A DNA stretch of 63,091 bases from Octopus bimaculoides (lineage: Eukaryota), in assembly GCF_001194135.2 (NCBI RefSeq), contig NC_068984.1, positions 28,291,965-28,355,055 of the forward strand, read 5' to 3'. The position numbers and the translations under genes were made by a program. Under the pieces are notes generated by a model. It was not told the origin of the DNA, made no database searches, and was given only the letters and a program-made list of their open reading frames with translations. The number at the start of each line of letters is the position of its first letter. Position 1 is the stretch's first letter. Below, piece after piece: positions 47,394-61,560 of the stretch.

Positions 47394-47613
47394 TATTATT
47401 TCTTTACTGCCCGCAAGGGGCTACACACAGAGGGGACAAACAAGGACAGACAAACGGATTAAGTCGGTTATATCGACCCCAGTGCATAACTGGTACTTAT
47501 TTAATCGATGCCGAAAGGATGAAAGGCTAAGTCCACCCCAGCGGAATTTGAACTCAGACAAATACCGCTAAGCATTTTGCCCGGCATGCTAACATTTCTG
47601 CCAGCTCGCCGCC
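47394..47613 (-). mobile_element. SINE family A (tail type 1)
   Basis: Reverse complement of 526-829 (ggacaaacaaggacagacaaa...aaggatgaaagg...gctaacatttctgccagctcgccgcct). Confidence 0.9.
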
Positions 47614-48993
47614 TATTCTCATACAGTTTCTACCTAGTAAACTCTACTCACAAGGTATTGGTTAACCCAAAGCTATGATGGAAGACCAAAGATGCAAGGA
47701 GATCTTGTTCAAGTATGGAAGCATGAAAGTGCTAGTGTTTGTACATTGTTTCTTTCCTGGCCTTTATATTGCTTCATTTCTTCTATATCTAAGTTTCATA
47801 GCTCTGTACATTTCTCCTTGTGGAATCACTGTCTTCTGTCATGTAAGCTGTTAAAAGTAAGTATTTTAGCTCTATTTTTATGACATTGTTTTGTTAGTTT
47901 GAATAGAAGTAAGTCAATGTCTGAAGGTAGAGATTAGGGACGCTGTGGTGTTTTGTTTTTGTTTTTGCCGAGTCTGAAGGAAGGAGCAGCAACCATGAGA
48001 TTTACAGGTCTTCTGAAAGTGTTAAAAACATGAAGTCATTAATGTTCCATCAAAATGGGAACAGGCCAACTCCTTGAGAAAAGACATGAACAGGAAGGTG
48101 CACAGGTTAAACACACCAAAGGCATTGAGAGATTGAGGAACAAGTCAGCCATAGGTACAAGACCAAAGATCTACCTTATAGTATAAAACCAGATATTATG
48201 TTTCTTCTAGAGTAACTTTAAAGAGTTAGTTGTAATTGTTAATCTTTCTGATAATCATTAATTCACATTAGAGATCTGAACTCTAGACATTAAGCACCAT
48301 TTACATCAATAATAAAATATTTCCACTACTAAATATTAATAAGCTGTCCTGTTTTATTTGGCTTTGCTTTTCCCTCTCATTTTGTCTAGCAAATGATTTC
48401 AGTTGTTGGTTAATCTAGTTTTTTTGTTTTTTTCCAATAGGCAATACTATGGAAGAACATTTGGTTTCAGGAACTTTCCTTATTTGATGCTTTCTGATAC
48501 TGACAATGTTTTCAGCTCTAGAAATATCATTAGGAGAATGTTCTGTTCTCTCAATGGCAGAATAGCATAAAAGAAATATAAAAGAACAAAAGAACTTGTA
48601 TTAATCTGTGTCAAGGTGATAATATTTTTTTTCTTTCACATGCATTGAAGTAATGTTAAGATAAAGAAAACATATTTAAAATGAAGAAGAAAAATCTCTT
48701 TAGTGCATTACAAGAAAAAGAAAAGAGAAAATAAAAAAAAACGAAAAATATTATTTATGCTTATCTGTTGAAGTGCTGAAATGTAGAAGGCAGACATCTA
48801 AATAAGGCAAAGAAAACATCTCAAATAAAAGAATAGAATAAAAAGAAAAAAATTTAAAATAAAAATTCAATGAACGTTGTAAAGATAAAAATTATAATAA
48901 TATATGTGTATATATGTATGCATGTGTGAAGATACATGTGTCTTACATATACGTGTATGTGTGTGCTTAGGTATGTATGTATGTTTGTGTGTG

Positions 48994-49052
<59 letters not shown>

Positions 49053-49494
49053 ACTTGCAGAAAGCAGTACTAAACAGACCTGAAGGAATTGAAGGAATGT
49101 AAAAGAAACAAAACAAAATGGAAACCAGACAATTTATGAAACATTTTTATATACTTTCTATCCGCATTCATTTTTCGTTGAATATTTTTCTGAGTTTCTT
49201 ATGATATTTATCTTTTTTTCTACACCCCCACCTCATACTGTTTTCCTGTTTACACACTTGTTTTCAAAGGGAAGCAAAGTACCAAGTATCAAGTGAGCTT
49301 GTGTTGCTTCTCCACAATTCTTTATCTGTCATCTTTTTCCATTTTTTTCTCTTTCATGTCTTTCAATGAATTGGCATTAAGTGAAGCAAATCAAAACAAT
49401 GTTTTGGCTAAATAAGAATGTCTTTTACTCATTGTCACCTTGTCCGTTTTGCTTTTACATAGTTCAAAATTTTTCATTATTTATATTTTGTTTT

Positions 49495-49712
<218 letters not shown>

Positions 49713-50499
49713 TACACACATACAATACAAATGTTGTTGTGTGTGTACTTGCATTATTTTAAATAAATACTGGTCCTACACTTCTTATAGTTCCCATCAA
49801 ATAACAATATTGCTTCACACTTAAGAAAAGACTGATGCTTGAACGTTCAATTGAATGGATTAAAATAACCATGCAAGGTGGAAAACAATGCTGCTCTAGA
49901 TTTCACATTCTGAGGTTTGCAATTTACCAATGCAGTAATTGCTTTTAAACTGACATGCAAAGAGTACAAAAGGACAAAAGTTGCCATTTTTTTGTTATAT
50001 TTTTATTTTTTTATTTTATTTTATTCATTTATTTATTGCTTGCTTTCATTTTGTGGCGGTTTGTTAAACTGGTTTTGTTATTGAATAAGTTACAAAAAAT
50101 GTACACCATTTATGTGTAGACATTTGTAATTGGCCTTCAGTTTTTGTTATTTTTATATGCAATCTACTGGCTGAAGAGTACAGAATAAAACAGAGTAAAT
50201 AAATTCAATATACATGTGTATAAATGTTGTGGATATTTTAATGGTTACCTAGTGTTTACTATTACATGCATGCATACATTGATTTCTAATATTCAGAAAA
50301 AGAAAAATGAGACTGCAGATATAAAGGGAAAGGTTATAGTCATTGGAATCAATCATATTATGTTACTATTGCCCATTTATTGATCACTTGAAGGATGAAA
50401 GATAAAAACCAGTTCTGGAAGCATTGAAAATTATATTTAAAAAAGGACATAAGGGAACACCTCAAGGAATTTGTGTGTCACTCCAGTATTATATGTTTA

Positions 50500-51710
50500 T
50501 GCATGTGTCTGTGTAGCTGCTAGAATAAGAATAGCCTGGGCAAAGTTCAGAGAGCTCTTACCTCTGCTGGTGACAAAGGGCCACTTGCTCTGAGTAAAAG
50601 GCAGACTGTATGACACATGTGTACGAACAGCCACACTACATGGCAGTGAAACATGGACTGTGACTGCTGAGGACATGCGTAAACTCACAAGGAATGAAGC
50701 CAGTATGCTCCGATGGATGTGTAATGTCAGTGTGCATACTAGACAGAGTGTAAGTACCTTGAGAGAAAAGTTGAACCTAAGAAGCATCAGTTGTGGTGTG
50801 CAAGAGAGACGATTGTGCTGGCACGGTCATGTGGTGAGAATGGATGAGGATAGCTGTGTAAAAAAGTGCCACACCCTAGCGGTTGAGGGAACCTGTGGAA
50901 GAGGTAGACCCAGGAAGACCAGGGATGAGGTGGTGGAGCACATCCTTCGAACATTACGCCTCACCAAGGCAATGACTTGTGACTGAGACCTTTGCAGATA
51001 TGCTGTGTATGAGAAGACCCGGCAAGCCAAGTGAGACCATAATCCGAGGCCTCTGCCAGGGATGTAGCCAGCCCACTTATGTGTATCTTTCCTTCATTGG
51101 ATACTAAACTCCGCTTGCGAAAACCTGTTCAGGCAAGTGAAATCAAAACTGAACCAAATTTGATGATTGGCACCCATGCCAACCTCTCCATTGGACACTA
51201 AACTCAGCTTGTGAAGACCTGTTGAGGCAAGTGAAATTGAAATCGTGATGGCACCTGTACCAGTGGAGTGCTAAGAGCACCATCTGACCGTGATCATTGC
51301 CAGAGCAGCTGTCTGGCTTCCGTGCCAGTGGCATGTAAACATCACCATTTGAGCGTGATCGTTACCAGCATTGCCTTACTGGCACTTGTGCCGGTGGCAC
51401 ATGAAAAGGCATTCGAGAGAGGTTGTTGCCAGTGCCACTGGACTGGCTTCTGTGCAGGTGGCACGTAAAATACACCATTCTGAGCATGGTCGTTGCCAGT
51501 ACCGCCTGACTGGCCTTCGTGCTGATGGCACGTAAAAGCACCCACTACACACTTGGAGTGGTTGGCATTAGGAAGGGCATCCAGCTGTAGAAACTCTGCC
51601 AAATCAGATTGGAGCCTGGTGCAGCCATCTGGTTCCCCAGTCCTCAATCAAATCGTCCAACCCATGCTAGCATGGAAGGCGGACGTTAAATGATGATGAT
51701 GATGATGATC
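50500..51710 (+). mobile_element. RTE-clade LINE, 5'-truncated: ORF2 C-terminal region, full 3' UTR and (GAT)n tail
   Basis: ARIRIAWAKFRELLPLL...LHGSETWTVTAEDMRKLTRNEASMLRWMCNV...RRLCWHGHVVRMDEDSCVKKC...GRGRPRKT, followed by the UTR shared by all short copies in the window. Confidence 0.95.
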
Positions 51711-52217
51711 ACTTGATCACGTGACTGACTAGGCTATCAAATATTGTTACACATCACTGGGTACAATGCGCTTTGCATCATTTTAGTCTTTGATTGATAC
51801 CACCCCACTGGCTAGGTGGGGCAGACTAGCATTCCCCCACCAGTCAAAATGGTGACTATAGCAATGTGAAATGGAATGTTTTGCTCAAGAACACAGCCTG
51901 GTCTGGGAATCAAACTCACAATCTAGCAGTTGGGAGTACAACAGTCACATAGGTTCTTTCATATAAGGCTCAATATTCCATGCTAATATTGTTTGGATGA
52001 GGAGTTGCTTTGCATCAAGTTTGTACAGACAGATACGATTCCAATTGCCAAAATTTTGCTTGTTTTGCAAGTATAAATTCTATTTTCCTATGCCACAGGT
52101 TTTTTGAAAGTGCACAGCAATCACTTTGCAATGCCAACAGGCTATGTAAATATCTTTCACAACTTTACTTAGGTGAAGATATAGGATATCAGCATCCACT
52201 TACACGTAAGTATTAAC

Positions 52218-52293
52218 ATGCACATACATACATACACATATACATGCATACACACACACATATATAGACACATATATCTATATACATACACAC

Positions 52294-52332
<39 letters not shown>

Positions 52333-52357
52333 CATTTATACATATATGTGTATGTGT

Positions 52358-52392
<35 letters not shown>

Positions 52393-52417
52393 CACATATA
52401 TATTACATATATATATG

Positions 52418-52480
<63 letters not shown>

Positions 52481-52540
52481 GAATATGTATGTCTGTGTGA
52501 GCATGTGTGTGCATTCGTGTGTGTGTCTGTGTGTGTCTGA
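52218..52540. repeat. (CA)n/(TA)n/(TG)n microsatellite cluster
   Basis: Directly visible. Confidence 0.95.
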
Positions 52541-53334
52541 GTATTTACATGTAAGTGAATGCTGATATCTCACATCTTCGCCTCGGAAAGGTGCAGTCTT
52601 TCTGTCCTTCATTATCCACAATGATAATTACTGCCTCTATCCTGGAACCTAGTATAACTGTTTTTTTTCTCATATCTCTCTCTTGGCGGCCATTTCCATT
52701 GATTAATCTTGTCTCTTTCCCTTTACATTTTCTTCTTCCTGTTGCTGCTTTACATAAACCCCTCTGTACATGCATGGTCCTTCAAGCTGCACTGCTTGCA
52801 ACCTGCCACATGCAACGAATTAGCCAGCTAAGCATTGATATATATATATATATGACGTAATCATATGATCAACCTGACAGTCAGCTGCTATTATACATTA
52901 TACATCACTGGTCACAATGCGCTTTGCTTCATTTTAGCTTTTGAATGATGCCACTCTGCTGGCTAGGTGAGCAGGCCCACATACTTCCCCCTTGAGTGGA
53001 AGGCTAATCTGTTGCAAGCTTACCCACTTACAGCTGAGTGAACTGCAGCAACATGGAATGACGTGTTTTCCTTCAGAACACAACATGCCACTTGGTCCTG
53101 AAGATGAAACTCATGATTGCTAGTTCATAGGTGCAACACCCTTCACGTGTGTGTGTGCATGTGTGTGTGACCCCACAATTTCTTCTAAAATATGTTAAAT
53201 CATGCAGCTACTTTACAACAATAAACCAGTTCTGCTACTACTCTTTCTTTCATATTTTAATGCTCCATCTTCTACTATAGAGCCACCTCTTTTGCGGTTT
53301 GTAGCCTTGCATGCAGCATGGTGCATTCATTATT

Positions 53335-53480
53335 GCTAGTGGATAAAACACCCACTGCACACTGTAAAGTGGGTGGCATTAGGAAGGATGCCCAACAGTA
53401 TAAGCCATGCCAAATTAAACAGTGGAGGGCGATCCTTACCCACATGGAACATGAACATTAGATGATGAAGATGATGATAT
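53335..53480 (+). mobile_element. RTE 3' end, diverged
   Basis: aaacacccactgcacactgtaaagtgggtggcattaggaagg...catggaacatgaacattagatgatgaagatgatga. Confidence 0.65.
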
Positions 53481-55785
53481 GGGTGATATAAGATTATTGT
53501 AATTTGCTTGAAACATTGCAATGTTTAAATTATAGAAGTGGTTTAAAAAAAACCATTGAGCAATGAAGGACAGAAGTTAGGCAAAGTGTGTAGAGTAATA
53601 GATTACATATGTTAACTTCTCTTATATTTCAGGAAAGATGCCCCTTTTTGAATACAAAAAATGAATACTCCAAAAGTTGAGAGAAAAAGTGCAATTATTG
53701 GTAAAAACTTTCGGTTGGTGCTATCTATATGTAAGATGAATATATTTATTAATGTATGTAAGCAATAATAAATTCAGCATCTTGTGTTTAGATCTGGTCA
53801 TATAAAAACGGGAATATATTTATCAGTCTACATACTATTGAATGTATACACATAAACATACAAACATATACATACATAAAATTACAAATGTACATGTATA
53901 TACACATGTATTTATGTAGATGTGTGAAAATGTATATATGTGTGTATGTATGTATATGTGTGCATATCTGTATGTATATACACACACTAGTGCTTGTACA
54001 TGAAGAAATGTTTTTCTGCTTCTATACACATTGACATGAAAATATTCTGTGTCTGTATGCAGAAGTCTGCTTATATCTGTATTTGTTCATGTATGTAAAA
54101 TATGGTATAGGCATGGGTATGTCTTTATGTAGAATATACCTTGTTCAGATCACAGGTGTTAGCATGCATGCTATTCATACAATATGTAAACAATATATAA
54201 ATGCAAGCACCAGTGTGTTTGAGTTATATCTCCTTCAGAATTATTTACAAGATTCAAGTTAGATCTTCTTTTATAGAAGAAGAGAAAGTTTTCTGGTCAA
54301 CACACTAGCAAGAATAATGAAGAATTACCTCTACAGAGTGTCTTTATAAGTATCTCAATAGTTTCTTACATATATGTGTGTCATGCTAAAATCGATAAGA
54401 AAGTGCTGCAACACAGTATTGACAACTGACACAATGATATTCCATGGCTATTGATAACTGCTAGCAAATCTCCCTTGTAGTTCACACATAAGAGAAGAAG
54501 ACTAGTCATTATCACAAAGAGACCAGCTTTTATATTGAACTAAGAATATCATGACTTTGTTCCCCACTTCAAACTTCACCCACACACACCTCCATATTTC
54601 ACACTGTTTGAAAGAATTAAGCTTTGACTGTTATATATTCAATTGAATTAAGGGTGGGGTTCATTTACCTTTTAATGTTTTATCCATTGAACAAAGAAAA
54701 CTTTTACAGTGAAGTACTAGCAGACATGATGTGGTGAGACCAATAACTTTAATTAATAGATAGTGCTTGTACCCTAGTACTAAAGAAAGGCAAGCCTTGT
54801 TGAACAATGTTTAACAAAGTCAAACAAAAGTAAGAGAGACAACTTGAAATCAAAATTTTTTTTAATTAGTTGAAACATATTTGTCCATTTCTTGTTCAAT
54901 AAAAGCAGTGTTATAAGGACTTTTTAATGAAGTTATTTACTGGTAATTAATGTTCATGGTTGTTACTCTTTAAATACTTATTATTTTTTATACAATACAT
55001 TTAATGAACAACAGCATCATTGGTTTCCAATTTCCCGTATACCAAATGCAGGTCCATCACATTTCCACAAGCAAAAGTGACAATGGATTGTCTGTGCAAC
55101 TTGGACTGAACAAATACTAGATTCAATTTTCATTTGATTGCATTGGTTTATTGAGTTTTTTTTCAATATACCCCCATCAGATATACACCTACATACATAC
55201 ACAGACATATATGTACATATGAACATGCACATACTCACAGGCATTTATTATGAGCTCCTGCACAGCTTTAATCTATCAAATTCCACCCACAAGGCCTCAC
55301 CTAATCCAAGACTATGATTAAAAAGGCTGATCCAAGGTGCTGCACAGTAAAACCAAACCCAGAAGCACATAATTAACAAAGGGAACTTCAAAATTATCAC
55401 TTCTACTGCTACAATTACCCATACGGTTTTGAGCTTACTGTGAACCACTTCTGTCTGATCCCTTATTTTTCTCTCACTCCTCTTTCTTCTACACTTACTG
55501 TGCCACACTTCTCAATCAGACCTGCCTACTTCTGGAAGTATACCTCCATTTTCTTTTCCTTCTCCATCAAATCCTTTACTGGATTCTCATTTGAACATTA
55601 ACTATAGCGAATGTGTCTACTTACTGTTCTCTTCTTGAAAAAGCTGTGGGGCTTCATTTCACCTCTGATTATAAGAATTATAAGACTAATTTATAAGAAA
55701 TTGATAAAACTGCATCACATGCAAGTTAAATTTTTTGAGATTTAAAAAAATTTTATTAAAGAAGCATTTTTCATCTCTTTGGCAG

Positions 55786-55927
55786 AAATGTCATGCCCAT
55801 TATCCATTTTGGGGCCTCTAGCACTGGTGGGAGTGGGGAAGACATTTATTCTCAAACCAGAGATCTGGCTCAAATACCTGCAATAGTGCAGTCACCATTA
55901 AAAATGTTCCAAGATGTGCTAATCAGG
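55786..55927 (+). CDS. Candidate internal exon NVMPIIHFGASSTGGSGEDIYSQTRDLAQIPAIVQSPLKMFQDVLIR
   Basis: ttttcatctctttggcag| acceptor and CAGG|gtaaca donor. 142 nt, open in one frame. No homologue recognised. Confidence 0.2.
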
Positions 55928-56399
55928 GTAACATACTTTTAAGTCTGCCACTCAAGTAGCACATGATAGGATTTGAAATCAGAATGCTCAGAATCAAAAG
56001 AAACTGCAAGGTATTCTATTTGATATTCTTCTAGTTCCTTCAATTCACTAGATTGGTACTTTTTTATTGACTCTAGAAAAAGGAAAGGCAAAGCTGGGCT
56101 TAACAGTATTTGAACTCAGAGTGCAGTTTTCCAGTAAACTAGTGAATGTTGCCATTAGCATCAATAAATCAAAAAATGAGGGTTCAAGAAATATTGAATA
56201 ATCCACTGATGCGAGGAATTGAATTTAGTTACTGTCCACACCCTAAACAAATTCTTTGTCTTTTACATCATCTCTGCACCTATTTGTTATTTTCATCTTA
56301 GGTAACTGGTTTGGAGTTCTACCAGCTCTATGTTAACTACATCTGACAATACATGTACTTCACTCCCTTATTCTTCAGAAACAATTTAAAAGCTGATTA

Positions 56400-57040
56400 A
56401 AACCATCTTCTTAAGCACGCCCTCACACATCCCATATGTTCATAGTATAAGTGTCTCCAGTTGTTTTTTCATGGCTGCACTGAAGCAGTTCAGACAAAGA
56501 ACACAGTCATAAAAGCTTGAAGAAAAAAAATCACCCGTCCCAATTAACCATCCTTACTCAGCAAAGCAACTTCTGGAAGACCTTCATCCAATCTATAAAG
56601 GATCACATCAACTGCAAGCTTTTCCATCTTCCAAACTGCAATCAATCCTTTTGGTCACTTACAAAAATGAACTCTATTATTGAAGAATCCTTCATTCTTC
56701 CACTTCTCAACAACTATGCTTCTGTAAGCAGTATTTCCACAGTGGAAACTTCCACATTTGCTACCTTATTTAAATCCATTTCTACACTTCACACAAAATA
56801 TCTTCTAAAACTATTCACCCAACTAATGCAATACCCCCGCCCCTCACACACACACACTCATGTGCATGCATGCAATCACTCACTCACTCATTCACACACA
56901 CACACACACACAGGGAAAGTACAACTATTCACTTTAAATAAGCAGAACCATTGGTTGTAGTATTACCTTTTCCGTTACCTTCAAAAATAGCACCCTAGAC
57001 CTAGCCTCCTTATTCACGAAACTCTTAAGGCTCTTGATAG
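56400..57040 (+). mobile_element. Decayed CR1/L2/Jockey-type LINE, pre-RT region
   Basis: KTFIQSIKDHI...NQSFWSLTK...SFILPLLNN..SV...TFATLFKSISTL and FKNSTLDLASLFTKLLRL resemble the SFWSL.K / AELFA..F.SNSTL / K.CAPELAP.L.KLF segments. Confidence 0.55.
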
Positions 57041-57329
57041 TGATATCATCATCATCATCATTTAACGCCCATTTTCCATGCTAGACATTAAAGTGTTATT
57101 CCTCATGACAATTACTTTATTCAACATTCTATAAACTCACCTTAAGAATTCTGTAACTGTCACATATTTCTAGATAACTTTCTTCTCCAATATTTATTCT
57201 TATAAAAAATACAGGAATTTAGGTCTAGTAATCCATTTTTTTGTTTTACTTGCTGAATCTAAAGGAAAGGGTAGTGTCCATGTCATTTGGAAGTCCTTCA
57301 TAATTGCAGAGCTTAATGCCATAGAGGTA

Positions 57330-57560
57330 CCATTTAAACTGTTACAGTTAACACCTGCAGAAAAAACTTGAAGTGGGAGAAAACTTCAGAGGGATGATGT
57401 TCTGAAGAGGAAGGACTGGGAATGGTGGTTAGTTTGTGGCCTAGAGAGATGTTCACAACAAAAGTGATGAAATGCAGAGGGATGAGTAGAACAAAAATGT
57501 TTGATTAGTGTAGGTATGAGGTCAGTCACCTCCAAGGAACAGAAACCATTCTAGTTTAGG
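57330..57560 (-). mobile_element. Decayed CR1/L2/Jockey-type LINE ORF 3' end
   Basis: Minus translation HPYT... and HHSQSFLFRTSSL* resemble the SF.PRT..LWNSLP terminus. Confidence 0.45.
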
Positions 57561-58222
57561 CATAATTTGAAACTCAGAACAACTAAATACCAGTATTTGT
57601 TTTCTTGCCTGATATAGGCATTGTTTCTTATGATTGATGACTGAGTATCAGTCAAGACAATATCTATATATTTTCTCCAAAGCTGGTCAGGCTTTCCTAC
57701 ATTATTAGTTTAATTATTCAGGATGATGTTGTTGTTATTGTTGGTTAGTAATCTTAGAGAATTCTGATTAAGAAAGATCAAAGGTAAAGAAATATTTAAA
57801 AATAAATAAATAAATGAAATAAAATTTGGCTGGTGATCTGCAAAATCAAGATGACAGATAAGTTTTAAAATGTAGGAATAAAGATATGAATGACAGAATA
57901 ATTCACTTTAGACAATCCTGTGCAGACAAACATCAATTTTCCATATTGACTTCCCTTGCTAGAATCTTTTATTTTCAATCTTAAATTGACTTCTCAAAAT
58001 AAGCCATATAATTCAATATCTCTTATTCTTCTTGTCTGCAATACTTTGGTGTCTGGCAAACATTTATGTTACCATGACGGATTGTTGGATCACACATACT
58101 GACAGTAGTAACAACACTGTTAATCTATTAAATGATCGCTATTTTATACCCTTGCCAAACTTGTATATGTATCAATGTGGGGACAGAATTAGAAGCTCTG
58201 ACAGATGGAGTAACAAATCTAT

Positions 58223-58258
<36 letters not shown>

Positions 58259-58764
58259 GCACACACTCTCACACAAAAATACATACACATACAGGTATAA
58301 ATAAGCACTCACAAACACATACATATATATACAATATTTGTGGATACACATGCCTAAATGTGAATAAACAGACATCAACAAAGAGAATAAAAAGCAGAGA
58401 AATAGAGTGACAGATTATAATAGCTTTACTAATATACATATTTTTCTGTGCAAATACATTTATTTACACATACATATATATATTTGTATTAATATGTGTA
58501 TATATGTATATATTTATTTATGTGTATAAATTACAGCATTTTATATGCATATATATACATATGCATATATATGTATATAGATACATGTGTATAAAAATAT
58601 ATATATGTATATGCATATATATGTGTGTGTATATATATATATATATGTATATACACAGACACATACATACATACCTATATACATATGTATGTACGTGTGT
58701 CCATGTGCATGTGTGTATGGATATATTGCATCGTCTTCATATTTTACATTCATTTTCTATTTAG

Positions 58765-58822
58765 GCATATGCTGGATGATGACACAACAGAATCTGACAT
58801 GTCAGAGGACATGCTGGACTAA
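58765..58822 (+). CDS. Candidate terminal coding exon HMLDDDTTESDMSEDMLD*
   Basis: acattcattttctatttag| acceptor followed by a non-repetitive acidic peptide and a TAA stop. Confidence 0.3.
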
Positions 58823-59159
58823 TATCTCAATTTTGGCCTAGTTTCTATGACCCTTCCTAGGACCACCCACTTTACAGAGTGAATTGGATACATTTAATAA
58901 AGTCACCAGTATTTCATAGGTTGTTTTGCTTCTAGCAAGACTCACATGTCCTCTCTTAATTTGCCAATCCCTCCACATGACAGAAGCACATCACTGAGTG
59001 TTTTTACATGGTCCCAGCATTAATGTGGCTATCTTCAAGCTTTAACATGCTTTAATGGGAAAATGAAAGTGCCATTGAACACATATGCTGCAAAGCCTAC
59101 TTCTCCAGAATTCAAACACCAGTACACCAGCTGATAAATTTGGCTTCAAACTATGAAAA

Positions 59160-59190
<31 letters not shown>

Positions 59191-59745
59191 TTGGCTGTCT
59201 GTCTGTCTATTTCCCTAGATAAAGGATCTTGAGAATTTTGCCCCTGATTTTATAAATACAATCAAAAATGTAAAATTCTGGTATTCCTATGAACCCTTAC
59301 AAAACCCTACTTTCCCTAGACACCGCTACAAAGCACATTTTAAAACATGGCTCATATACACATTCTTATTGCTTAAGCAAAGAACACATACATTCTTTTA
59401 AAAATACTATCACCAAAACATACAAGGACCACTGCCCAATGTTCTTTCCAAACCTATATACAAATATGTATAGATATAATACAAATAACAAATAAGTATA
59501 TGCATATATACGTACATGTATGTACAAACCTACATCTACATGTATATATAGATGCATATCTGGGTACAGGACGTTGCAAAAAAAAACGTAGATAAAATGA
59601 TAAACAGAATACAGAAAACACACAGGCCACATAGAGAACATTTTCCTTCATCAGCTGCCACCATTCTAAAACTAAGCGTTTATACATATATATGTATACA
59701 CACATACACACTTGCATAAATATTCAATTGAAAAACATAAAGCTA

Positions 59746-59955
59746 GTATGCTTTTCTGGATGGGTTATGTCACTGTGAACATATGACAGATTTAAGAGGA
59801 AACTGGCTATAAGAGGTATCAGATGTTGCATGCAAGAGAGAAGACTGCGCTGCTATGGTCATGTAATGCATATGGATGAAGACAGCTGCATAAAGAAGTG
59901 CTGATCTCTAATTGTGGAGGGACTCTGTGGAAGAGGTAGACCCAGGAAAATGTGA
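59746..59955 (+). mobile_element. RTE ORF2 C-terminal fragment
   Basis: LRCYGHVMHMDEDSCIKKC*SLIVEGLCGRGRPRKM; same family as 50500-51040. Confidence 0.85.
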
Positions 59956-60009
59956 GACATATATATTACTTATTATATATATATACACACATATATATAT
60001 ATTACTTAT

Positions 60010-60045
<36 letters not shown>

Positions 60046-60388
60046 TCATCATCATCATCATCATCATCGTTTAACGTCCGCTTTCCATGCTAGCATGGGT
60101 TGGACGATTTGACTGAGGACTGGTGAAACCGGATGGCAACACCAGGCTCCAGTCTAATTTGGCAGAGTTTCTACAGCTGGATGCCCTTCCTAACGCCAAC
60201 CACTCAGAGAGTGTAGTGGGTGCTTTTACGTGTCACCCGCACGAAAACGGCCACGCTCGAAATGGTATCTTTTATGTGCCACCCGCACAAGCCAGTCCAG
60301 GGGCACTGGCAACGATCTTGCTCGAAAATCCTACGGGAGTCAGTCAGGCGGTACTGGCAACGGCCACGCTCAAAATGGTGCATCTCAT
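60046..60388 (-). mobile_element. RTE 3' UTR running into a gap
   Basis: (CAT)n then cgtttaacgtccgctttccatgctagc, plus 2-3 of the 65-bp units. Confidence 0.9.
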
Positions 60389-61231
60389 NNNNNNNNNNNN
60401 NNNNNNNNNNNNNNNNNNNNNNNNNNNNNNNNNNNNNNNNNNNNNNNNNNNNNNNNNNNNNNNNNNNNNNNNNNNNNNNNNNNNNNNNNNNNNNNNNNNN
60501 NNNNNNNNNNNNNNNNNNNNNNNNNNNNNNNNNNNNNNNNNNNNNNNNNNNNNNNNNNNNNNNNNNNNNNNNNNNNNNNNNNNNNNNNNNNNNNNNNNNN
60601 NNNNNNNNNNNNNNNNNNNNNNNNNNNNNNNNNNNNNNNNNNNNNNNNNNNNNNNNNNNNNNNNNNNNNNNNNNNNNNNNNNNNNNNNNNNNNNNNNNNN
60701 NNNNNNNNNNNNNNNNNNNNNNNNNNNNNNNNNNNNNNNNNNNNNNNNNNNNNNNNNNNNNNNNNNNNNNNNNNNNNNNNNNNNNNNNNNNNNNNNNNNN
60801 NNNNNNNNNNNNNNNNNNNNNNNNNNNNNNNNNNNNNNNNNNNNNNNNNNNNNNNNNNNNNNNNNNNNNNNNNNNNNNNNNNNNNNNNNNNNNNNNNNNN
60901 NNNNNNNNNNNNNNNNNNNNNNNNNNNNNNNNNNNNNNNNNNNNNNNNNNNNNNNNNNNNNNNNNNNNNNNNNNNNNNNNNNNNNNNNNNNNNNNNNNNN
61001 NNNNNNNNNNNNNNNNNNNNNNNNNNNNNNNNNNNNNNNNNNNNNNNNNNNNNNNNNNNNNNNNNNNNNNNNNNNNNNNNNNNNNNNNNNNNNNNNNNNN
61101 NNNNNNNNNNNNNNNNNNNNNNNNNNNNNNNNNNNNNNNNNNNNNNNNNNNNNNNNNNNNNNNNNNNNNNNNNTTTATTGCACCTGAACATCTGCCACAA
61201 ACAAAAACTAACTAGCTAGTTAAATATATAT

Positions 61232-61265
<34 letters not shown>

Positions 61266-61267
<2 letters not shown>

Positions 61268-61430
61268 TACACTCTCGGAGTGGTTGGCGTTAGGAAGAGC
61301 ATCCAGCTGTAGAAACTCTGCCAAATTAGATTGGAGCCTGGTGTCACCTCCTGGTCCACCAGGCCTCAGTCAAATCGTCCAACCCATGCTAGCACGGAAA
61401 GCGGACGTTAAACGATGATGATGATGATGA
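61266..61430 (+). mobile_element. Short RTE 3' end with (GAT)n tail
   Basis: actacactctcggagtggttggcgttagg...ggaaagcggacgttaaacgatgatgatgatgatga. Confidence 0.9.
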
Positions 61431-61444
61431 TATATTTGTTCTTA

Positions 61445-61560
61445 TGATGGGTTTCTGTCAATCTTCATTTACCAAACCCATTCACAAGACTTTGGTCGGC
61501 CCAGGTCAGGTGTATAGTAGAAAATATCTGCCTAAAGTGACCATGCAGTAGGGCTAAACC
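61445..61560 (-). mobile_element. SINE family B head, diverged
   Basis: accaaacccattcacaagactttggtcggccc...tatagtagaaaatatctgcctaaag. Confidence 0.55.

Noticed and set aside
53633-53700. Segment with a good acceptor and donor (cttatatttcag|...ATTG|gtaaaa)
   Set aside because: Stops in all three frames as an internal exon; only a UTR or late-ATG use is possible, with no supporting evidence.
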